From Octopus sinensis (taxonomy: Eukaryota), in NCBI RefSeq assembly GCF_006345805.1, contig NC_043000.1:22568001-22632000 (forward strand): DNA of 64,000 bases. Reading direction: 5' to 3'. Shown here piece by piece: positions 12,385 through 23,819 of the stretch. The notes beneath the pieces are model-generated. The model saw nothing but the letters and a program-made list of their open reading frames with translations. It was not told the origin of the DNA and made no database searches. Numbering within the stretch: the first letter of the stretch is position 1; every line of letters starts with the position of its first letter. Made by a program: the position numbers and the translations under genes.

Positions 12385-12821
12385 GACCGTAACTGGCCTA
12401 TGCCAGTGCAGCATAACCAGCCCATTTAAAAGTACTCTTCAATCATTGGGTAATAAACTGGTGCTTGTGAAGACTTCTTGAGGCAAGTGAAGTCGTTGTC
12501 GTGGCTGATGACAGTACCACCTGATTGGCACCTGTACTGGTGGCAAGTAAAAAGCACCATTCGAGCGTGGTCAGTGCCAGTGCTGGCTGACTCGTCCCGT
12601 GCTGGTGGCACGTAAAAAGCACCATTAGAACGTGGCTGATGCCAGTACCACCTTACTGGCCCTCGTACCGGTGGCACATAGAAAGCACCCACTACACTCT
12701 CGGAGTGGTTGGCATTAGGAAGGGCATCCAGCTGTAGAAACATTGCCAGATTGAATTGGAGCCCCCAGTCAAACCGTCCAGCCCATGCCAACATGGAAAG
12801 TGGACATTAAATGATGATGAT
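11604..12821 (+). mobile_element. 5'-truncated RTE-clade LINE: RT C-terminus with PHD-like finger, repetitive 3' UTR and (GAT)n tail
   Basis: Frameshifted LEIVDSFCYLGD, ARIRIAWAKFRELLPLL, AMLHGSERW, ERQLHWYGHV, KKTWDEVVK; stop at 12384; tail ACATTAAATGATGATGAT. Confidence 0.9.
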
Positions 12822-13153
12822 ATATAAAAAATATGTATGTGTGTTCTTTTATATATGTGTGTGTGTTTGTTCCCTACCCCTGCTTGTCAACCAGTGTTGG
12901 TTTGTTTATGTCCCCCTAACTTAGCAGTTCAGCAAAAGAGACTGATAGAATAAGTACTGGGCTAAAATTTAAAAAAATATTGTTTGATTCATTTGACTAA
13001 AAATTCTTCAAGGTGGTGCTCCAGTATGGCCACAGTCTTACAACTGAAACGAGTAAAAGCAAAAAGATATTAGTTATATAAAAAATGTCAATTATGAATT
13101 ATTATGATGAGAAAAATTCTATTTTGTTTCTTTTAATTCTTTTTGTCATCTAG

Positions 13154-13243
13154 AATACACCTCGAGTCTCTTGCAACCTGTTTATGATCATGTCTAAAGA
13201 GAAAGCATCAAAACACTGACCAACTGATCTACCTGGTCTTATG
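13154..13243 (+). other. Candidate non-coding exon (90 nt)
   Basis: Long polypyrimidine tract ending TCATCTAG, donor ATG|GTAAGT, stops in all three frames. Confidence 0.3.
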
Positions 13244-13463
13244 GTAAGTCACATAGCAATTATTCATTAAGACCATTCTTCAAAATCAAAAAAAAAAAAA
13301 GAAAAATTACTTTTCTAAATTTCACTTTTTACATTAAACCTTTCTTATCTGACAAACTGGATAAGTTGTTGTTAATCCCTGACTGTTAACCAGCCTGACT
13401 GAGTAGGTCAGTGAGCAAAAGCATTCCAAGCATGACTACCCCAACATTTCTTCCAGATACAGT

Positions 13464-13907
13464 ATCATCATCAGCTACTCTTCCATGCTTGCATAGGTCA
13501 GACAGAACTTGTCGAGACAAATTTTCTACAGTCAGGTGCCATTTCTGCTGCCAACCCACACCTGTTTGCAAGTAAGGTAATATTTCCCCATAGCCAGACC
13601 AGATATGTTTTCATGGTAGATTGGAAATGAAGGAAACTGCTTGCATGATGGTGACACTCACCTACAACCATCATGTGATGTCAAGACAAGGAGGTACCAA
13701 TTCTCTTTCTCTCGCTCTCTCACACACACACACATGCACACACACAGCTTCTTTCACTTCATGTCTCCCAAATCCACTTTGCAAATCCAAAAAGCTGTGG
13801 TCAGCTTGGAGCTTGAGAGAATGATGTTCACCCAAGGTGCCATGCAGTGGGACTGAACCTGGAATCATGTGGTTGGGAAGCAAGCTACTTATCACACAGT
13901 CACATCT
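13464..13907 (-). mobile_element. SINE with A-type head and alternative 'D' tail
   Basis: A-type head at 13750-13907, (GT)/(GA) hinge, then a tail ending GCAAGCATGGAAGAGTAGCTGATGATGAT. Confidence 0.7.
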
Positions 13908-14489
13908 TCATCTGTATCTAAGAATATTTCTGCAATCTGTTCTTTTTTAATTTTTTTAAAGACTGTTGGTTGCAATTTGAGAGAGACATGACTGCTATTT
14001 CTATCTGCTCAAATGACCATGTAGAGCTTCACATATTGATTCAGTCAGCATTGTATGTATATTCCTGTAAGTTCAAATATCTAAATCAGTTATTGAAGCA
14101 TCTATATTATTTTCTGTATGTATTCATGTCTATGCTCCAGCATGGCCACAACTGAATGACTAAAACTAGTAAAAAAAATTATTCTGTTTCATAGTGACAA
14201 ACTATTCATTGTATTTTCCCAGGGTGCCTTAGCCAGCAAGGATACTGACATCTTACATTTGCTAATAGTCTGTGAGGTATCACCCTAAAGTTGACTAATC
14301 TTATTTTCCTCTGAGTAGACCAGAGCAATATGGATTGAAGTAGCTTGTCCAAGGACATGAGCTACTACCCAGGCCAGGAATTGAACCCATGATCTTATGA
14401 CCATGAGTTCAAAAGTGTGCTACCATTAGGCAGTACACATTTATTTACCATCTTGTAACATGATTTGTAAGGTGTTGGCTTGAAGTATT

Positions 14490-14985
14490 CATCATCATCA
14501 TTTTTTAACGTCTGCTTTCCATGCTAGTGTGGGTTGGACGATTTGACTGAGGACTGGTGAACCAGATGGCCGCACCAGGCTCCAATCTTGATCAGGCAGA
14601 GTTTCTACAGCTGGATGCCCTTCTTAATACCAACCACTCCAAGAGTGTAGTGGGTGCTTTTACATGCCACTGGCATGAGGGCCAGCCAGGCAGTACTGGC
14701 AACAGCCATGCTCAAATGGTGTTTTTTATGTGCCTCCTGCACAGGAGCCAGTCCAGCAGCACTGGCAACAACCTTGCTTGAATGATTTTTACGTGCCACC
14801 GGCACAAGTGCCACCGGCACAAGTGCCACCGGCACAAGTGCCACCGGCACAAGTGCCAGTAAGGCAACGCTGGTAAAGATCATGCTCGAATGGTGCTTTT
14901 TATGTGCCACCGGCACGGAAGCCAGTTAGCTGCTCTGGCAACGATCACGTTCGGATGGTGCTCTTAGTACTCTACTAGCATGGAT
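14490..14985 (-). mobile_element. RTE 3' UTR fragment with four perfect 15-bp tandem repeats
   Basis: Matches 12385-12821; (GTGCCACCGGCACAA)4 at 14793-14852. Confidence 0.85.
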
Positions 14986-15432
14986 TCCAGTCATCAAATT
15001 TGATTTATTTTCATGAAATAATTTCTAAACTTTCAGGCATGGCCATGTGGTTAAGAAGCTTGCTTTGCAATCATGTGATTTCAGGTTCAGTCTCACTGCT
15101 TGGCATTTTGGGCAAGCGTCTTCTATTACATCCCACTCTGACCAATACCTTATGAGTGGACTCAGTAGAAGAAAATTGCGTGGAACTGTTTTGTATGTAT
15201 ATGTGTGTGTGTGCTCCCCCTGGTCAGTACTTAATAACTGGTGTTAGTTTGTTTATGTTTCTAACTTTAATAGTTCAACAAAGTACTGAAGTCGATTTGT
15301 TTGATTAAACTCTTGAGAATGGTGCCCCAGTATGGCTGCAGTCCAGTGTCTGCAACAAATAAAATATAAAAGAATATATCATTTCCTAATTCTAATGCGT
15401 TTTCTAAACGTTTTTTTATCCATTTCTCCTTC

Positions 15433-15503
15433 TTATGCAAAATATTTAAACTGGAAGAATTAGTCAAGTAGACTAATTCTTCCAGTTTAAATATTTTGCA
15501 TAA
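15433..15503. repeat. Perfect 33-bp inverted repeat with 5-nt loop
   Basis: TTATGCAAAATATTTAAACTGGAAGAATTAGTC-AAGTA-GACTAATTCTTCCAGTTTAAATATTTTGCATAA. Confidence 0.95.
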
Positions 15504-16613
15504 ATTTTTAGCAGCAGATGATCTATAAGTAGGTCTCAAAATGTAGACCACCTAGAGCCAAATGCACTACTTAATGCCAACCATCCAACTGTGAAATAGA
15601 AATGGTAAAGCCATTTATTTTCATCAAGGTTGAATAAATCAATGAGAATCTTGTAGCTTGCCTAAAGTCACACTAGAATTATTGTTTAATTTAGATTATG
15701 CAAACCCTAATGTAACAGGCCTATGAGACAGTCTGTCACTGCCATCTTATCTTTTTAAAGATTTGTAAGATGATATTATCTTTTGAAATCAGAGAGCATG
15801 ATTTCAAAGAGATGTGACTTGTTTCTTGCAGGTTGAGTGACTGTGTAGAAGCCGTCTAGTGTGAATGCTAGTGGTAGAATTGAAATTAAATTTCTCATAT
15901 GTAAAACTAATTCTCTTTATGTCTGTAGTTCATCCAATATTCTAGCCATAGCTATGAAATCTCTTGGAAGTAGAAATGGTTTGTATATGGAATGATTGTG
16001 ATAGAGACTATATTCTGAATCTTTAGGTGATCCAATATCTTGATTGTAGCTGATACTTCTTTGAATTTGAGATGATTTCTGCATAAAATGGTGAAATAGA
16101 AATGTCAAAAGATCATTTCAGTATAAAGTAATTTTTGACCACTAAGGTTTGTATCTAACCATAATTCTAAATACAATGTAAATACCTTATAATCCCTGAG
16201 GGATTTTTTAAAAATCTGGTGTTTTCTCTGTTCTCATAGCATTAAGCAGATGAAAAATAAATCTCCTTTTTGTATCGGATAGCAATCTATAGCAAGCAAA
16301 AATTCTATTGAATCTGATTCCTATTCTTGATAACTTAATAAACCAAAGTATCTAGAATGAAATATACTGCCTAAATACACCATGGTAGTTCAATACCATA
16401 CACACTCAGATGTTTTGAATGGACCTCATAACTCTAAATTATAGCAGTTCATGGAGTATCTATAGGTTGTTGAGTTCGGTTATGAAACCAAAAGCATGTT
16501 ATGAGCAGAACCCTTGAACAAAGATAAAAAATCTGGATGTGGTAAACAACTAATTAGAAAATGTAAGACTGATTCACTAAAATGTTACGCAACATAAAAT
16601 GTTTCTCAACAAT

Positions 16614-17007
16614 AGGCGCAGGGGTGGCTGTGTGGTAAGTAGCTTGCTTACCAACCACATGGTTCTGGGTTCATTCCCACTGCATGGCACCTTTGGGCAA
16701 GTATCTTCTACTATAGCCTCGGACCGACTAAAGCATTGTGAGTGGATTTGGTAGATGGAAACTGAAAGAAGGCTGTTGTATATATGTATATATATATATG
16801 TATGTGTGTGTGTTTGTGTGTCTGTGTTTGTCTCCCCAATGTCACTTGACAACCGATGCTGGTGTGTTTACGTTCCTGTAACTTAGCGGGGAGACTGATA
16901 GAATAAGTACTAGGCTTCCAAAGAATAAGTCCTGGGATCGATTTGCTTGACTAAAGGCGGTGCTCCAGCATGGCTGCAGTCAAATGACTGAAACAAGTAA
17001 AAGAGTA
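16614..17007 (+). mobile_element. SINE-A, full length
   Basis: A-box-like TGGCTGTGTGGTAAG, B-box-like GGTTCATTCCC, hinge and 3' module. Confidence 0.9.
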
Positions 17008-17222
17008 ACATACATTTCACAACTCTTCTCACAAGATTTCATCCTCATGTAGTGTGTAGAAGCCACGTCAGCCTGGTAATGCCTATCCAGTTCCTGGCTA
17101 CTGTTGACTACAACTACAAATTGTTGGTATGATGAGTTGATTAAATAAGATTGCTTGACTGGGAATCAAACCTAAACATACAGACTCAGCTTGTCAGGAG
17201 CATACCACAAATGGATGTCACT

Positions 17223-17449
17223 TTAACCCTTTCGTCACTGTATTTATTTTGAGATACTCTGTGTTTCTTTCAATTACTTTAAATATAACAAAGAACTTAG
17301 TCAAATAACTTAGTTATTATTAAGCCAGTGTTAGGAACTAAATTGTGATTAAGGTTTGGTGGAAAATTTTAATTCAAAACTTACGAAAACAAGACATTTG
17401 TACTCAGAGCCAGAGGCAGTTTCAGCTGGGTTGGTAACAAAAGGGTTAA
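17223..17449 (+). mobile_element. piggyBac-like MITE-G
   Basis: TTAA at both ends; TIR CCCTTTCGT/ACAAAAGGG. Confidence 0.88.
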
Positions 17450-17895
17450 TGTTAGACAACTAAACACCCCCAAAAAACCTGATTAAGAAAAAATGTATAA
17501 TTAATAGTATATTTAGATCATATAGGTCTGATATTTCAGATTATTACATTAATTCTTAGATCACAAGACCAAAACCAAGGAAAGAGAGCATATCCATATT
17601 AAAAGAACTTCTTATCTTTAAGGTTTTTTATGTAGATATGAAAAAATTCTCTCTTGGCTAAGGCACCAGTCTAAGATTGTAATGTCACCTGATATGCTTT
17701 CTAATTTTGATAGCTAGTTTAACTGAAACCCACAGGTGCAGGCATGGCTATGTGGTTAAGAAGTTTGCTTCTCAACCATGTGGCTTTGGGTTTAGTCCCA
17801 CTGCATGGCATCTTGGGCATTATCTTCTCCTAAAGCTTCATGCTAACCAAAGACTTGAGAGAGAATTTGGGAAACAAAACTGAAGAAAGCATAAA

Positions 17896-18273
17896 CATAG
17901 GAGTGGCTGTGTGGTAAGTAGCTTGCTTACCAACCACATGGTTCTGGGTTCATTCCCACTGCATGGCACCATGGGCAAGTATCTTCTACTATAGCCTCGG
18001 CCCGACCAAAGCCTTGTGAGTGGATTTGATAGACGAAAACTGAAAGAAGCCTGCCGTATATATGTATGTGTGTGTTTGTCCCCCCAACATCGCTTGACAA
18101 CTGATGCTGGTGTGTTTATGTCCCCGTAACTTACCAGTTCAGCAAATGAGACTGATAGAATAAGTACTAGGCTTCCAAAGAATAAGTCCTGGGGTTGATT
18201 TGCTTGACTAAAGGCAGTGCTCCAGCATGGCCTCAGTCAAATGACTGAAACAAGTAAAAGAGTAAGGAGTAAA
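17896..18273 (+). mobile_element. SINE-A, full length
   Basis: Same structure as the 16614 copy. Confidence 0.9.
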
Positions 18274-18584
18274 GCCTGTCATATGTATGTTTATGTGTGT
18301 GGACATTTACAAAACTACTCTGATGGCTACAGACAGTGACATTGGCTGCCATTTCCTGTCAACAAATCCTTTGCTAGCCCTGTGCTTTTGAATTCTCTGG
18401 AATAAAAGATGAATAAATAAATAAAAGCTTTATTTAGAAACAAAGGTTGGTGACAGTAAAAGTATCCTGCTTCAAAGATCTTGCCTTAATTCCCCACTAT
18501 TTAAACCTTGCTAACATGAAAAATCAAACATTAAACGAAATACACAAATGAATAAAATGTGAATTAAAATTTATGGAATTTGTA

Positions 18585-18996
18585 GTTGTGATACCTGTGC
18601 CAGTGGAACATAAAATGCACCATCCAAACGTGGCCGATGCCAGCGCCGCCTTGACTGGCATCCGGGTCGGTGGCACATAAAAAGCACCAACTGATCGTGG
18701 TTGTTGCCAGCCTCCTCTGGCCCCAGTGCTGGTGGCACGTAAAAAGCACTCACTACTCTCATGGAGTGGTTGGCATTAGGAAGGGCATCAAGCTGTAGAA
18801 ACTTTGCCAGATCAGACTGGAGCCTGGTGCAGCCTCCTGGCTTCCCAGACCACGTCGAACCATCCAACCCATGCTAGCATGGAAAACGGATGTTAAACGA
18901 TGATGATGATGAGCACCAAGCTCAAACTGATCTGGCAAAGTTTCTACAGCTGGATGCCCTTCCTAATGCCAACCACTTCGAGAGTGTAGTGGGTGC
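18585..18996. mobile_element. RTE 3' end (+, 18585-18912) followed by an inverted fragment of the same end (18913-18996)
   Basis: (GAT)n tail, then the reverse complement of GTGGTTGGCATTAGGAAGGGCATC..GCTGTAGAAACTTTGCCAGATCAG. Confidence 0.85.
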
Positions 18997-19080
18997 GGAG
19001 CACTTAGTACCAATGTGAGATTAGTACCAATGTGATGGTTGACCAATATCTTATCGAGTTAACTACCTTCACTCCTATGT

Positions 19081-19396
19081 GAAGGCACATGGCTCAGTGG
19101 TTAGAGCATTGGGCTTACAATTATGAGGTTGTGAGTTTGATTCCCAGACTAGGCTGTGTTTTGTGTTATTTTCCATGTTACTCCTGTTCATTCAGATGTA
19201 GAAATGAGTTGCAATGTCACTGGTGTGCTAAGCTGTATCAACCTCTTCCTTTCCCTTGGATAACATCGGTGGTGCGGAGAGGGGAGGCTGGTATGCAAGG
19301 AAGACTGCTGGTCTTCCACAAGCACCTTTGGCTAGACTTGTGCCTCAGAGGGAAACTTCCTTAGTGCAGTCTCATGGTCATTCGTGACCAAAGGGT
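19081..19396 (+). mobile_element. SINE-E (tRNA head, CORE/Meta-like centre)
   Basis: GGCTCAGTGGTTAGAGC A-box and GAGTTTGATTCCC B-box; body shared with 37759 and 58122. Confidence 0.8.
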
Positions 19397-19976
19397 TTTT
19401 TTTTTGCTCTTTACCCTTTTATTTTCACTTCTACCAAAGAACATTGTCTTTAGCTGTACTGGAGTAGATGTCTACCTCATGTGTGTGTGTATGTGTGCAT
19501 GCGCACCTGTCTGTATGTCTATCTTTTCCTTGTCTGTCTTTTTCACTCGAGTTCTTGACCCTCAAAAGATTATGATTACATATATTTCGATTGATTGAAT
19601 TTTGAATCGCTTGCTGTAACAGTTCATTTGCAAATGGCTGAATTTGGAATTTGGAGAACTATGCTAGTAATGTGCAATATATGCAAACATGTGTGTATAA
19701 TGTATAGTATGTGTGTGTGTTGAATGATAATGAGGAAACATCTGAAGAATGTTGAAAGTTAATTAACTTAACCAATGGTATCGAAGAAGGGAAAGTAGAA
19801 GGAACACGTAGAACCTTCTAAATTAATATGTAACAGACATGCAACTGATAGACATGTAGACATGATAATGGTATTAACAGCAACAATAAGAACTGAATGA
19901 ATATCTAGACTGTTATATTGGTAGTGGTGGTGGAGTAGTGGGTGCATCTATGTATGTGTGTGTGTGTGCACTTGTC

Positions 19977-19980
<4 letters not shown>

Positions 19981-20035
<55 letters not shown>

Positions 20036-20053
20036 ATATATATATATACACAT

Positions 20054-20094
<41 letters not shown>

Positions 20095-20131
20095 TATATA
20101 TATATATATATATACACATACACACATACAT

Positions 20132-20174
<43 letters not shown>

Positions 20175-20254
20175 ATATATATATATATATAATATATATA
20201 TATATATAATATATATATATAATATATATATATAATATATATATATATACACAT

Positions 20255-20287
<33 letters not shown>

Positions 20288-20388
20288 ATATATATATATA
20301 TATGTATATATGTATATATACACATACACACATACATATATATATATATAAACATTCATGCACACACATATAAATATGTATATGTATA

Positions 20389-20469
<81 letters not shown>

Positions 20470-20599
20470 ATATATATATATACTTGTATAGATACATATA
20501 TCATATGTGTATGCATATATATATATATTATATATATATAATATAATATATATATATATAAATATATAATGTAAATATATGTAAATAGTGTGTATGTAT

Positions 20600-20630
<31 letters not shown>
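19981..20630. repeat. Compound (TA)n/(CA)n/(TATG)n microsatellite array
   Basis: Direct reading; source of the IYIY/THTH pseudo-ORFs. Confidence 0.98.
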
Positions 20631-20631
<1 letters not shown>

Positions 20632-21268
20632 CTGGTGCAGCTGGGTTTTCTATGGTTTCCTTTATAAAACTTAGTTGGTTTATCAATGTTGTATGTTCAT
20701 TCTTTCTATTTGTAGAAATTTTTATTTGCTAAAATTTCCTTTTAGAATTGTGTGTGTGGGTGTGCTTGTGTGCATGCGTGTGTGTGTGTATATGTGTTTC
20801 ACCACCTGGAATGTTGCCCGACTTCCAATTTGGTTGGATTAGGTTCAATGATTGAGTGAAGAGTGATTGTAACTGCAATAACATTTTTTTCCTATTACTG
20901 CCATAAAAGACTTTAAAATTCCAAAGAACATATATTTTTATATTATTATTATTATTATTGTTGTTGTTATTATTATTATTATTAATATTTCTACTCATTA
21001 TTTTGGCTCCCAAGGGAAATTTCTTCTGAGTTGATTGTTTTTTTTTTTAGTAATGATGGGAAAGGAACTATTTAAAAAAAAAAATGAATAAAATTAAGGA
21101 ATTAAAAAAATATAAAAAAATATTAGTAAATAAAGTCGATACATCATTGGAAGAGAAGGACAAAGGAAATTTATTTATTTATTTATTTATTTATATATTT
21201 TAGAAATTTCACCATTTTCATATTTCCAACTTTGATGGATATTTTGGCAAATTAGTCTTGAAGCTTAC

Positions 21269-21308
21269 CTACATTCCTGGCTTCATTAGCTGATTCTGCA
21301 ACAGACAT
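21269..21308 (-). CDS. Possible coding exon segment (MSVAESANEARNV + phase 1), unassigned
   Basis: AAAAAAATG start context and a strong G|GTAAGC donor. The frame is open upstream to a possible TTCAG acceptor near 21338, which would give a 69-nt symmetric exon. No recognised homology. Confidence 0.25.
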
Positions 21309-22308
21309 TTTTTTGATTTTGTTTCCCTTTGCTATTGCTGAATATTTCACACTGTGCTTAAGGAGTTATTTCATTCCTAAATAAATGTTACATTGCTTCA
21401 ATGTTTGATAATTCCATAATGAAGCATGAAAGTTATATGCAAATGAGAACTTTATATTTTTACTTCTTGGTGTTATTTTTAACAATATGAATTTGTGGCA
21501 TAACAGGTATCTGGAAATTTTGATTAAAATGTGTTGTAAACGAGGTTAGTTTTGTTGTTTTTAAATTATTGCAGTGAATCTGTCAACATTAGTTGTTAGT
21601 TTTATACAATACTTTCTTTCCTATGGCACAGCCAACTTTGGATAAATCAGTGGAAATATAACAATTCAAAGTAGAGAAGTACATAAGCAAGAATATAAAC
21701 AAAAATATTTGTAAACACATTAGCATATGATTCGTCATCAAGATTTGATTCGTTGCCGAAAAATGTTAGAAAATGCATCACACATGCATCTTCTCAATTG
21801 TTGTATGCAGAACATATGATGATGATGATGATGATTGTCGTCATCATCACTTAATGTCCACATTTTCATGCTTGCATGGGTCAGACTGAGTATGTTGGAG
21901 GCATATTTTTAACAGAAATATGCCCTTCGTGTTGCCAACCCTAACCTATTTCCATGTAAGGTATTATTTTCCCATAGCTTCACATGTCTTTCTCATAGAA
22001 TTACCCACTAGGTCTGAAGTACTCTCATGTGATGGCATGTACAAGTGCCTGTGCAATGTTACATAAAAATGCCCATGTAGTGTCACGCAGAAATTTCCCA
22101 TGTGGTGTCATGTAAAAGCACCTATGTGGTGCCACATGAAAGCATGCACCACACAATGTAAAGTGGTTGGTATTAGGAAGGGCGTCCAGCCATAGAAACC
22201 ATGCCAAATAAGACTGGAGTCTGGTGCAGCTCCCCAGCTTGCCAGCTCTGTTCAAACTGTCCAACACATGCCAGCATGAACAATGGACATTAAATGATGA
22301 TGACGACG

Positions 22309-22364
<56 letters not shown>

Positions 22365-22398
22365 GTAGAAGGTTGAAAAGGAACACACAAGTTGATAT

Positions 22399-22940
22399 GT
22401 ATATATATATGAAAAAAAGTCAAGGTAGAAAATGCTGAAATAATTTTATGAAAAACATTTCAGTACTGGTTTCAGTCATTGAGACTTTTCAACTGTAAGT
22501 ATGGAAAACAATTAAATTTTGGAAAAAATTAAATGGAAAGTATTTTAAAAGAATATTTGCATAATATTCAAATATAAGGGGCATTTTCCTTGTTTCTGCC
22601 TGTCTCTGTCTCTCTTGTTTACTCTTGTGGGGTCGAGCTCGTTGTGAATTCTTGGCAGAGAAGAAGAAGAAGGAGGAGAAGGAGAAGAATAATGCGGGAG
22701 TGCTATGATAGTAGTAGGATGTTAAATGGTCAAGTGGATGGTAGTAGGAACATGCCCCTCGTATTTGAATACTATGCAAATATTCTTTTAAAACAAAAAC
22801 TTTTCATTTAATTTTTCCAAAATTTAATTCTTTTCCATACTTACAGTTGAAAAAGTCTCAATGATTGAAACCAATACTGAAATGTTTTTTATAAAATTAT
22901 TTTTGCATTTTCTACCTTGACTTTTTTTCCATATATATAC
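22399..22940. mobile_element. Long inverted repeat (arms 22399-22584, 22752-22940; 167-nt spacer) of a Penelope-like terminal repeat with hammerhead family P3
   Basis: Arms align with few differences; hammerhead-like motifs at 22461-22495 (-) and 22844-22879 (+). Confidence 0.7.
22844..22879 (+). ncRNA. Hammerhead motif with U3-A8 core (family P3)
   Basis: CAG-TTGAAAA-AGTC TCAAT GATT-GAA-ACCAAT-A-CTG; the mirror copy at 22461-22495 reads CAG-TTGAAAA-GTC TCAAT GAC-T-GAA-ACCAGT-A-CTG. Confidence 0.5.
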
Positions 22941-22959
22941 ACATACACATATATAGATC

Positions 22960-23364
22960 TTTACCAGAGCAGCTGACTGGTTTCCATGCCAGTGGCACGT
23001 AAAAAGGACCATTTGAGCATGATCGTTACCAGCATTGACATACTGGCACTTGTGCCGGTGGCATGTGAAAAGACATACAAGTGAGGTCATTGGCAGTGCT
23101 GCTGTAGTGGCTTCTGTGCAGGTGGCACATAAAAAACACCATTTGAGCATGGTCGTTGCCAGTACCGCCTGACTGGCCCTCGTGATGGTAGCATGTAAAA
23201 GCACTCACTACACTCTCGGAGTGGTTGGCATTAGGAAAGGCATCCAGCTGTAGAAACTCTGCCAGATCAGATTGGAGCCTGGTGTAGCTTCCAGGCTTGC
23301 CAGTCTTCTGTCAAACCGTCCAACTCATGCCTGCATGGAGAGTGGACGTTAAATGATGATGATG

Positions 23365-23365
<1 letters not shown>
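22960..23365 (+). mobile_element. RTE 3' UTR fragment with (GAT)n tail
   Basis: Matches 12385-12821. Similar fragments lie at ~9900, 10855, 22020, 28290, 38570, 40165, 40850, 45480, 54835, 57340, 60235 and 60470. Confidence 0.88.
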
Positions 23366-23414
<49 letters not shown>

Positions 23415-23629
23415 GTGTGTTTGTGGCAGCATAACCAAATACCTAGAGTACCGGCTGATGCAGTGACGGAGAAGATAAAGTGAATTAACAGTAGTGAAAG
23501 ACAACAAATGGTGGACCATGGGAAGATAAAGTTTTGCAGCTCACTTCCCACATATAGCTGGAGTTTCCAGGATGATAATATTAGCAATTATAAAATCGAT
23601 CGACCCATTATAGAAGAGATGTCTTCCCC

Positions 23630-23700
23630 TATATAACAGGCTTTAGAAGCTGTGATCTTTGTATCTCAGAGAAGTATTACAGCTTTTAGCGTTTTTGTGA
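23630..23700 (+). promoter_or_regulatory. Possible TATA box / start region / first 5' splice site
   Basis: TATATAA at 23630, TCAGA ~35 nt downstream and GTGAGT at ~23696, in non-repeat sequence; motif match only. Confidence 0.2.
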
Positions 23701-23819
23701 GTAAAAGATTGGAATGGTAAATTCCTGCAGACATTTCCATTAATATTTATTGTGAAATTTCTAACTATCAATTAGCTAAAATAGTTTATCTTGCATGTGA
23801 ATAGATGAATATATCATTT

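Noticed and set aside
14793-14858. CRISPR-like array
   Set aside because: Contiguous tandem repeats with no unique spacers, no cas genes, eukaryotic context.
15826-15860. Acceptor-like TTTCTTGCAG
   Set aside because: Part of a dispersed degenerate repeat also seen near 13960, 25620, 30890 and 52720.
19905-20631. Long ORFs (up to 240 aa) of IYIY/VCVC type
   Set aside because: Translations of stop-free microsatellite; no coding signal.
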